Shown: positions 47,487-54,499, counted from the first letter of the stretch. The stretch is 55,610 nucleotides of DNA from Flavobacteriales bacterium (GCA_015663855.1 DQRJ01000006.1:1-55610); one strand, 5' to 3'. Notes: generated by a model not told the origin, from the sequence alone. Numbers and translations: made by a program.

Positions 47487-47563
47487 TGGTGATCCCACAG
47501 GGACTCGAACCCCGAACCGCCTCCTTAGAAGGGAGGTGCTCTATCCAGTTGAGCTATGAGACC
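47487..47563 (-). tRNA. tRNA-Arg(TCT), CCA encoded
   Basis: Reverse complement reads GGTCTCATAGCTCAACTGGATAGAGCACCTCCCTTCTAAGGAGGCGGTTCGGGGTTCGAGTCCCTGTGGGATCACCA. The cloverleaf folds, with anticodon stem CCTCC/GGAGG and loop CTTCTAA. Confidence 0.9.
47489..47504. repeat. 16-nt att-like core inside the tRNA-Arg 3' end
   Basis: Identical to 43463-43478. Confidence 0.7.
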
Positions 47564-47706
47564 AAACTACTCTCTTAAACATCTCTATTTTTAAGAGGGT
47601 GCAAAGATGCACAAACTTTCGCGCTAATCACGAATGAAAAATAAGAAATTTGGTATAAAAAAAGAGCCCCAAAAAGGAGCTCTTTAATATTTTACGAAAA
47701 GTAGTC

Positions 47707-48228
47707 TTAGTTAGACAGACCAGCGTCAGTTGACTTACCCTTCTTCTTCTTCTTTTTATCAGCGTCTGAGCTCTTATCAGAACAAGATGCTTTCTTATCT
47801 CCAGACTTCGAGCAGCAAGACTTTCCAGCCTTCTTACAAGCAGCCTTCTCTTCAGCTGTACAAGACTTCGCGTCTCCTTCGCCCTTTTTAGAGCAACAAG
47901 CTTTTCCGTCTTTCTTACCTTGGCAAGCAGCCTTTTGCTCTTCAGTGCAAGCAGCCTTCTTCTCACCAGAGCAAGACTTAGCGTCGCCTTCAGCTTTCTT
48001 AGAGCAACAAGCTTTTCCGTCTTTCTTACCTTGGCAAGCAGCTTTTTGCTCTTCAGTGCAAGCAGCCTTCTTATCGTTAGACTTTGTGCAAGCAGCTTTC
48101 TTCTCACCAGACTTTGTGCAAGCCGGTTTTTCAGTTTTTGCTTTGCCGTCTGTTGCAGGTGCGTCAGACTGAGCCGATGTTGTGAACGCGAATAATACTA
48201 GCGCTCCGAGTAATAAAATATTCTTCAT
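47707..48228 (-). CDS. Secreted Cys/Lys-rich low-complexity repeat protein (possible metal-binding protein)
   Basis: Start taken at MKNILLLGALVLFAFTTSAQ (signal peptide). The mature part has 16 Cys by hand count in recurring KKAAC, KACCSKK and KSC contexts. It also has a 37-aa tandem duplication and a K6 tail. Confidence 0.6.
   Translation of the reverse strand: MKNILLLGALVLFAFTTSAQSDAPATDGKAKTEKPACTKSGEKKAACTKSNDKKAACTEEQKAACQGKKDGKACCSKKAEGDAKSCSGEKKAACTEEQKAACQGKKDGKACCSKKGEGDAKSCTAEEKAACKKAGKSCCSKSGDKKASCSDKSSDADKKKKKKGKSTDAGLSN
47860..48075. repeat. 111-nt tandem duplication inside the Cys/Lys-rich gene
   Basis: 47891-47961 and 48002-48072 are identical except for one base (71 nt compared by eye). 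The period is 111 nt, i.e. 37 codons. Confidence 0.8.
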
Positions 48229-48370
48229 TTTAAAAATAGTTGTTTCGTTTAATGAGCATAAAGATACAACTTCGTTTCTGATTTTGAGCCAAACCTCGCT
48301 TTTCACCACTTATTTTTCATTCATTTAACAAATTGCCTCTTCCTTTTATTCATTATCTATCAGAATTGTG

Positions 48371-48378
48371 TAGATTTG
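48371..48378 (+). promoter_or_regulatory. -7 box TAgaTTTG upstream of tRNA-Ser
   Basis: Matches TAnnTTTG, 43 nt upstream of the tRNA 5' end. Confidence 0.4.
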
Positions 48379-48420
48379 CAGTCCGATTTCGTGGAGTGCT
48401 TCACTTGATTTGGTTTTTCT

Positions 48421-48502
48421 GGAGGGATGGCAGAGTGGTAATGCAGCAGATTGCTAATTTGTGACCGGTTTCGGTTCCTGAGTTCGAGTCTCAGTTCCTC
48501 CG
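48421..48502 (+). tRNA. tRNA-Ser(GCT), class II with long variable arm
   Basis: GGAGGGATGGCAGAGTGGTAATGC..., anticodon loop TTGCTAA, variable arm GACCGGTTTCGGTTC, T-arm CTGAGTTCGAGTCTCAG, and acceptor 3' strand TTCCTCC. Confidence 0.85.
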
Positions 48503-48517
48503 CATAATAAAGCACTA

Positions 48518-48541
48518 ACGCCCGCAACAGCGGGCGTTTTT
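48518..48541 (+). terminator. Rho-independent terminator after tRNA-Ser
   Basis: ACGCCCGC-AACA-GCGGGCGT followed by TTTTT. Confidence 0.75.
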
Positions 48542-48593
48542 CATGCTCGATAAAAAATATTGTTGTTTGAGTTTGATACCTGAAAATCTTACG

Positions 48594-48601
48594 TATCTTT
48601 G
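48594..48601 (+). promoter_or_regulatory. -7 box TAtcTTTG upstream of tRNA-Pro
   Basis: Matches TAnnTTTG, 16 nt upstream of the tRNA 5' end. Confidence 0.5.
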
Positions 48602-48617
48602 CGACCGCATTAACGAT

Positions 48618-48692
48618 CGGGGCGTGGCCCAGCCCGGTTAAGGCGCCTGGTTTGGGACCAGGAGATCGCAGGTTCGAATCCTGCCGCCCCGA
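48618..48692 (+). tRNA. tRNA-Pro(TGG)
   Basis: CGGGGCGTGGCCCAGCCCGGTTAAGGCGCCTGGTTTGGGACCAGGAGATCGCAGGTTCGAATCCTGCCGCCCCGA, with anticodon stem CCTGG/CCAGG and loop TTTGGGA. Confidence 0.9.
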
Positions 48693-48702
48693 CGAAAGAA
48701 TA

Positions 48703-48735
48703 ACCGCCCTGACGAAAGTCAGTGGCGGTTTTTTC
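48703..48735 (+). terminator. Nested hairpin terminator after tRNA-Pro
   Basis: AACCGCC-[CTGAC-GAAA-GTCAG]-T-GGCGGTT followed by a T-run. Confidence 0.6.
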
Positions 48736-48968
48736 GTTTAGACCGAGCCCAAGCTTGCTTGAGGGCGAAGGGATGGATGAAAAAACCGCCGTGGCTACGC
48801 GAAGCGTAGAGGCGGTTATTCGATTTCAGTCCTCCCCCACGACCAGGATCACAACTGAGATGCGGAGCAACGAGGGCGTAATCCTGCCCTCAAACAAAGG
48901 TCATTATACATCTAATAAAAAATAATAGTATCTTGTCCCTGAATTGAAACCTCTAAACATTCATTAAT

Positions 48969-49763
48969 ATGAAAACATTATTTACTAGTCTTCTTGTAGT
49001 TGCAGCATCTTTCGGCACTTTAGCCCAAACCTCTCTTACACAAGCTGTTGATTTCACCGTAACATTCACGGACGGGGAACAGTTTAATCTCTTTGATAAG
49101 CTTGCTGAAGGGAAGCACGTAGTTATCGATTTCTTCTTTACTACTTGTGGACCTTGCCAAGACAACCAACCTTCTTACACTGGAGCTTTCCAAAACTTCG
49201 GTTGTAATAGCGGAGATATTTTCTTCCTCTCTCTAGAGTCAACTGTAGGCGATGCTGAAACAATCGCTTACGAAGAGACTTTCGCAGGCGACAACGCTCC
49301 TCCTGCTGCTTCAGGAACTGATGGAGACGGAATCGAAGCTACCGCTTTATACGGAATAGGCGCATTCCCTACCTTTATCCTTATCGCACCTGACGGAACG
49401 ATTTTAGAACAGGATATGTGGCCGTTAACTAACGGTGCAGATACTTTCACAGACTACCTTTCTGGTGGTCATGGCCTCAACCTTCAGCCCTGTACGTCTG
49501 AAATTACAACTGCAGATGCTTCAGAGGTGGAAGTAAACATCTACCCTAACCCGGCTACAGATAACGTAACTATTGATTTGGGCTCTGTTTCTGGAACAGC
49601 CCTCGTTTGTATCTACAATATCGTAGGAGAGAAAGTTGCATCAGCTTCTACAGATAATGCTATCGTTAAATTCGACGTTGCCGAATTGCCTGTTGGAAAC
49701 TACATCGCGAAAATTATCGGAACGAATCAATCTACACAGAGACAATTCTCCGTAATACACTAG
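48969..49763 (+). CDS. Thioredoxin-fold (TlpA/redoxin-like) protein with T9SS C-terminal sorting domain
   Basis: Signal peptide, the CGPC active site (FFFTTCGPCQ) and a C-terminal VNIYPNPATDNVTIDL...GNYIAKI T9SS CTD. Confidence 0.75.
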   Translation: MKTLFTSLLVVAASFGTLAQTSLTQAVDFTVTFTDGEQFNLFDKLAEGKHVVIDFFFTTCGPCQDNQPSYTGAFQNFGCNSGDIFFLSLESTVGDAETIAYEETFAGDNAPPAASGTDGDGIEATALYGIGAFPTFILIAPDGTILEQDMWPLTNGADTFTDYLSGGHGLNLQPCTSEITTADASEVEVNIYPNPATDNVTIDLGSVSGTALVCIYNIVGEKVASASTDNAIVKFDVAELPVGNYIAKIIGTNQSTQRQFSVIH

Positions 49764-49782
49764 GAGACTTATTCCTAAAATA

Positions 49783-49816
49783 AAAACGGGGCTCTTAATT
49801 GAGTTCCGTTTTTTTA
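49783..49816. terminator. Bidirectional hairpin between convergent genes
   Basis: AAAAACGG(GG)-loop-(TT)CCGTTTTTTT, with A- and T-runs on either side. Confidence 0.45.
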
Positions 49817-49823
49817 TGCCTAA

Positions 49824-50615
49824 TTACTCAAGAATCATCTGCGAAGAGTGTGCGCCAACTTTTACGGTATAAATACCTCTTGCATAAGCGCTAACATCTA
49901 TAGTCACCTGCTCCTCAAAAGTTGAGTAAACTTTGCTTCCGAGAGTGTTGAAAATCGTTACCCTCTCTTTTCCAGGATTTTTAATGGTTACCTGTGAAGA
50001 TGCGGGGTTAGGGAAAAGTTTGAAGCTAAGCTCTGTACCTACACCTCCTACCGCATCTGGAGAACTACAATTACACTCTGCATCGTAGACCTCGTCCGTA
50101 GTAGCCGGATCTCCATCATCGCAAGTCATTCCTTCAAACGCACAACTCCCATCATCCACAGTAGCATCCGCATTAAAATTACACGCTACCGCATCCATAC
50201 ATCCTTGAACGTCTCCTCCTCCTGCGACAACAGTCAAAGAGGCAACCATCCCATTGGCAGCATGGCCATAACCAGAACAATCATAATTATATACTCCCTC
50301 AATAGTAAATGTATGGGTACCTATACACACTCCCATTTTTGAACCCTCAATCAGAGGAAAGTGGAATGATTCTGGATTTCCGAAAGACATGCTAGTGAGA
50401 ACACTTATATCTCCGTTTGCATTGTGAGTTCCCTCGATATTCACCCAACCTACTGTAGTTCCCACAGTTATTTCTAGTTCAGATGGTGCAAAGTATACGT
50501 CTCCTGTTTCGATGAGGACATCCGCTCCTGGACAGATATCTGCTTGGGCTTGAGAAGTGCTCGTAAAAGCAAGAGAAGTTGTTAACGCGAGAAAACTAAG
50601 TAGAATATTTTTCAT
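49824..50615 (-). CDS. Type-1 (blue) copper cupredoxin-domain protein with one Cys module and a T9SS C-terminal sorting domain
   Basis: Signal peptide and plastocyanin-like ligand pattern (H in EGTHN, then C-x4-H-x4-M in YDCSGYGHAANGM). It also has the module GCMDAVACNFNADATVDDGSCAF and the CTD FKLFPNPASSQVTIKN...GIYTVKV. Confidence 0.7.
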   Translation of the reverse strand: MKNILLSFLALTTSLAFTSTSQAQADICPGADVLIETGDVYFAPSELEITVGTTVGWVNIEGTHNANGDISVLTSMSFGNPESFHFPLIEGSKMGVCIGTHTFTIEGVYNYDCSGYGHAANGMVASLTVVAGGGDVQGCMDAVACNFNADATVDDGSCAFEGMTCDDGDPATTDEVYDAECNCSSPDAVGGVGTELSFKLFPNPASSQVTIKNPGKERVTIFNTLGSKVYSTFEEQVTIDVSAYARGIYTVKVGAHSSQMILE

Positions 50616-50832
50616 ATCAAATTTATTAAGTATAAAACCAAATCTAAGTCATTTTTCCTATCAAAGGAAGGTTTGGTGGATTTTAAAATCGAATCAAGAG
50701 TTAATTCTATTGTCACATTACCATTCTCTACTTTGTTAGACCTAACAACCTGATTTTCAACAATCATGTAACTTACCACATAAAATTTAAGAATAATGAC
50801 TATATTGCATCGACTAATCAAATTGTGTCGCT

Positions 50833-53800
50833 TTGTTTCTAATCTTACCAAATACCGATTTTCTAAAGTACCTGCGTTACAAGACAGCCGTTAAACCGCT
50901 GACCCTCAGTGTAATGCTTGTGTTTACGGTACTTTTAACTAGTAATGTATTTGGTCAATATCAATACACGTTAACTATTGAGTCTAGCCCCGCTTTAACT
51001 CCTGAACTTACAACGTATAGATTCTACGTTGACATGCAAGACCCTACCGATAGGATGAGTGCCGTTTACGGCAATGATACTTTTCCGTTAGAAGTAAATG
51101 CACCTGACGGAGTTTTCAACTCCGCATTCAACTCAAGCTGGAATGCGTCGGGGATTATACCTGCTTTTATTGCAGTGTTTCCCGAGATGGTAGATGACAC
51201 CTATGCCACCATCGGATTAGACATGGCTGCTTCTGAATCTGGAATTGCAAATGCCGCCGACCCTTCTTTAGTACAAGATCCTAGCCAGCCGATTTCTACA
51301 TTCTTCGATACTGATGGGGCTACTCAATTGCTTTCTAACACTTTCACCGGTAGTTCTTGGTATGTATTGAATGGCTCTGACAATGCTTTGCCTGACGCGA
51401 ACCTAAGGGTGTTAATCCTTCAGGTGACTACCTCTAATACTGGTGGTATCTCAGGAAGATTGAATGTCCAGTTATTTCCTCTTGGCTATGGACCAAACCA
51501 AATCAATACTATTTATTTATTCGATGGAGAAGGCACCTTCTATCATTACGACGGGTTTATTCACGGATGTATGGATCCTCTTGCCTGTAATTTTATGCCT
51601 GAAGCTGAGGTAGATGAGTATTGCGATTACTTTTCTTGTCTCCCTATAGGTTGTACTGATTCTACGGCTTGTAACTACGACCCTTTAGCCGATTTTGAGG
51701 ATGGTACTTGTGAGTATGCTTTAGCCGGATATAATTGTGATGGTTCGTGTTTTAACGATAGTGATGGAGATGGGATATGTGATGTCGAGGAGATTGCGGG
51801 ATGTCAGGACTCCGAGGCATGTAATTTCAATTCTCTCGCGACAGATTCCGACGGAAGTTGTGTTTATGCTGAGGTGGGGTATGATTGCCAAGGCATTTGC
51901 ATCCTCGATGAGAATGAAAATGGCGTGTGTGATTTTGAAGAAGTTTATGGGTGTAGTATTCCTACCGCTTGTAATTACAACCCTGCAACTACTGTCGATG
52001 ATGGAAGTTGTGAGTTCGTCTCGTGCTTAGTTCCGGGCTGCGTAGATATCGAAGCTTGTAACTTCGATGCTGGTGCAGAAATCGATGATGGCAGTTGTGA
52101 ATACCCTCCTACAGGTTATGACTGCCTCGGGGCTTGCTTGCTCGACACCGATGGCGATGGCGTATGCGACCCCTTTGAAGTTTTAGGGTGTACTAACTCG
52201 ACAGCGTTAAACTTCGACCCATCGGCAACCGATGACGACGGTTCGTGTACATATCCGCCCGACCCAATTCTCCCTCCTGAAGAATTCGACTTTACCCCTA
52301 CTCCTTTCGCCGGAACTATGCTTGGCAATATCACTCTAGACGGAGCGGCTTGTGAAGAAATAGACTGGGTAGCAGCGTTCGACCCTGATGGAAACTGTGC
52401 TGGTTCTGCTCCACTCTTTATGGATGGAGGAACGGCTTACATTATTTTGACTATTTATGGCGATGAGTCTTTGACTACATTAATAGACGAAGGACTTTCA
52501 GACGGCGATTATTTCACCCTGAAGTTATTCGACGCAAGCACCCTAAATATTTATGAGTACTATGAGGATACGGGAGTAGTGGAGTTCCAAGGGTGGTCAA
52601 ACACGAATGGCGCACCTATGCCTGGATATGCGAACCCTAATGTGAATTACGACTTCCTTTCTATAGCTTACGTTCCAGAATGTCTTGATCCTCTAGCATG
52701 TAATTTCGACCCGTCTTCAACATCGAATCTAAATTGTATTTATCCAGACACGGGATATGATTGTGACGGAATTTGTCTCAACGATTTCGATAACGACGGG
52801 GTATGTGACGAGTTCGAGATAGAGGGATGTACAGATCTTTCAGCATGTAATTTCGACTCTTTAGCTACGAATGACGACGGCACCTGTGCTACCCTTGACG
52901 AATGTGGCATATGCGGAGGAACGGGCATTCCCGATGGCAACTGTGATTGTGCCGGAAACCAACTCGATGCCCTTGGCGTTTGTGGTGGAACTTGCTTAGT
53001 AGATGCTGACGCAGACGGAATTTGTGATGACGTTGACGACTGCGTAGGTACTCTCGACGAGTGCAGCGTATGTAACGGCCCAGGTGCGATTTACGAATGT
53101 GGATGTTCAGATATCCCAGCAGGCGATTGTGACTGTAACGGAAACCAGCTCGACGCTCTCGGAGTCTGTGGTGGTTCCTGCGTGGCCGATGCCGACGGAG
53201 ATGGAATCTGTGACGACGTGGACGACTGCATAGGAGCACTCGATGAGTGTGGAGTTTGTAACGGACCTGGTGCGATATACGAGTGTGGATGTTCTGATAT
53301 CCCAGCTGGAGATTGCGACTGTAGTGGAAATCAACTTGATGTATTAGGTGTTTGTGGTGGCTCGTGCCAGGCAGATGCTGACGTAGACGGAATTTGTGAC
53401 GACGTGGACGAATGTGTAGGCGCTCTCGATGAGTGTGGAGTTTGTAACGGCCCGGGAGCAGTATATGAGTGTGGATGTTCTGACATTCCTACGGGAGACT
53501 GTGATTGCGCAGGAAACCAGCTCGACGCCCTCGGAGTTTGTGGAGGGGATTGCCTTAACGACACAGACGGTGATGGGATTTGTGATACCGACGAAATTCC
53601 TGGATGCACAGACTTAACAGCTTGCAACTTCAACCCTCTCGCAACGGATGAAGATGGGACTTGTGCTGTAATCGATGAATGTGGAATTTGTGGCGGTTTA
53701 GGAATTCCAGAAGGTGATTGCGATTGTAACGGAAACCAATTAGATGCACTTGGAATATGTGGAGGCGACTGCATCGAAGACCTCGATTTAGATGGAGTAT

Positions 53801-54471
53801 GCGATGTAGATGAGGTTTTAGGGTGTGATGACGAGACAGCTATTAACTTCAACCCAGAAGCTACCGAGAATGATGGGAACTGCAACTACGACACGTTAGG
53901 ACCAGAAACATTTACCTACACCCCTACTCCTACGTCGGGAACTTTATACGGAACTATAAAGGTTGACGGGATAATGGCAAACGGGCTAGACTGGATTGCC
54001 GCTTTCGATGAGAGCGGGAATTGCGCTGGAGCGAATTCTATATTGATGAATGGAGGAGTGGCGTACGCGAACCTTACTATTTATGGGGACGACGGTACCA
54101 CGAACTTAATTGACGAAGGGATGAACGTCGGGGATAGCTTCCAGCTCGTGCTATACGATGCAAGCGAAGACGTATATATTACGTATCTCGACGATCTCGG
54201 AAGCGACCTCCTTTCAGGGTGGGAAAACACCTACGGAGCTCCTATACCTGCTTGGAATAACCCTCTATACGTATTCGATTTTATCACTTCCGTTCCTTGC
54301 CCCGGCGACTATAACGAAGACGGACAAGTGCAACTTACCGACCTCCTTGACTTCTTAACTGCATATGGATCCTCGTGTACTGGATGTCCACAAGATTCAA
54401 ATAACGACGGACTCGTACAACTAACCGACCTACTAAATTTCCTTGGACTTTACGGCAATAACTGCCCTTAA
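50833..54471 (+). CDS. Giant secreted Cys-rich modular protein with a C-terminal dockerin-like pair (start codon uncertain; TTG at 50833)
   Basis: 1212 aa with a signal-like KPLTLSVMLVFTVLLTSNVFGQ and about 93 Cys by hand count. There are ~10 GC.D..ACN(F/Y)...DDGSC modules interleaved with Ca-binding-like D.D.DG.CD loops. There are three-plus CG.CGG/CNGPG...GDCDC.GNQLD repeats. There are two ~130-aa paralogous domains. The protein ends with two DxNxDGxVQLTDLLxFL segments. Confidence 0.75.
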   Translation: MFLILPNTDFLKYLRYKTAVKPLTLSVMLVFTVLLTSNVFGQYQYTLTIESSPALTPELTTYRFYVDMQDPTDRMSAVYGNDTFPLEVNAPDGVFNSAFNSSWNASGIIPAFIAVFPEMVDDTYATIGLDMAASESGIANAADPSLVQDPSQPISTFFDTDGATQLLSNTFTGSSWYVLNGSDNALPDANLRVLILQVTTSNTGGISGRLNVQLFPLGYGPNQINTIYLFDGEGTFYHYDGFIHGCMDPLACNFMPEAEVDEYCDYFSCLPIGCTDSTACNYDPLADFEDGTCEYALAGYNCDGSCFNDSDGDGICDVEEIAGCQDSEACNFNSLATDSDGSCVYAEVGYDCQGICILDENENGVCDFEEVYGCSIPTACNYNPATTVDDGSCEFVSCLVPGCVDIEACNFDAGAEIDDGSCEYPPTGYDCLGACLLDTDGDGVCDPFEVLGCTNSTALNFDPSATDDDGSCTYPPDPILPPEEFDFTPTPFAGTMLGNITLDGAACEEIDWVAAFDPDGNCAGSAPLFMDGGTAYIILTIYGDESLTTLIDEGLSDGDYFTLKLFDASTLNIYEYYEDTGVVEFQGWSNTNGAPMPGYANPNVNYDFLSIAYVPECLDPLACNFDPSSTSNLNCIYPDTGYDCDGICLNDFDNDGVCDEFEIEGCTDLSACNFDSLATNDDGTCATLDECGICGGTGIPDGNCDCAGNQLDALGVCGGTCLVDADADGICDDVDDCVGTLDECSVCNGPGAIYECGCSDIPAGDCDCNGNQLDALGVCGGSCVADADGDGICDDVDDCIGALDECGVCNGPGAIYECGCSDIPAGDCDCSGNQLDVLGVCGGSCQADADVDGICDDVDECVGALDECGVCNGPGAVYECGCSDIPTGDCDCAGNQLDALGVCGGDCLNDTDGDGICDTDEIPGCTDLTACNFNPLATDEDGTCAVIDECGICGGLGIPEGDCDCNGNQLDALGICGGDCIEDLDLDGVCDVDEVLGCDDETAINFNPEATENDGNCNYDTLGPETFTYTPTPTSGTLYGTIKVDGIMANGLDWIAAFDESGNCAGANSILMNGGVAYANLTIYGDDGTTNLIDEGMNVGDSFQLVLYDASEDVYITYLDDLGSDLLSGWENTYGAPIPAWNNPLYVFDFITSVPCPGDYNEDGQVQLTDLLDFLTAYGSSCTGCPQDSNNDGLVQLTDLLNFLGLYGNNCP
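52897..53562. repeat. In-frame 186-nt (62-codon) tandem repeats, ~3.5 copies
   Basis: The motif TGTTC.GA.AT.CC...GG.GA.TG.GA.TG recurs at 53103, 53289 and 53475 (period 186). The protein units GDCDC.GNQLDALGVCGGSC.ADADGDGICDDVDDC.GALDECGVCNGPGAIYECGCSDIPA are nearly identical. Confidence 0.85.
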
Positions 54472-54499
54472 AATGAATTTTCAAATAAAACATATAACC

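Larger units (their letters stand above)
43463..47504. mobile_element. Decayed tRNA-Arg-associated integrative island (~4.0 kb remnant)
   Basis: It is bounded by the 16-nt direct repeat that includes the 3' end of tRNA-Arg(TCT). It contains a frameshifted, truncated tyrosine-recombinase gene. Confidence 0.6.

Noticed and set aside
47628-48195. Alternative ORFs over the Cys/Lys-rich gene (47628-48107 minus, 47920-48195 plus, 47945-48172 plus)
   Set aside because: The repeat DNA lacks stops in several frames. Only the 47707-48228 frame begins with a credible signal peptide. The other frames give Leu/Arg/Lys or Ser/Phe/Ala runs without start context.
48722-48925. 67-aa ORF downstream of tRNA-Pro
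   Set aside because: It overlaps hairpin-rich GC-rich spacer DNA. It starts inside the terminator stem and shows no coding-like composition or signal.
52897-53562. Regularly spaced near-identical repeats that could superficially suggest a CRISPR array
   Set aside because: The period is 186 nt with no unique spacers. The repeats are in frame within a long ORF and encode a conserved protein unit. No cas genes are present.
53331-53885. 184-aa minus-strand ORF, plus 52889-53239 (-), 53107-53334 (-), 52740-52940 (-) and 51737-52030 (+), all inside the giant Cys-rich gene
   Set aside because: These are antisense or alternate-frame ORFs, kept open by the biased repetitive codon usage (GAY/TGY/GGN). 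Their products are low-complexity Ser/Pro/His strings. The plus-frame protein has a signal peptide and a coherent modular architecture.
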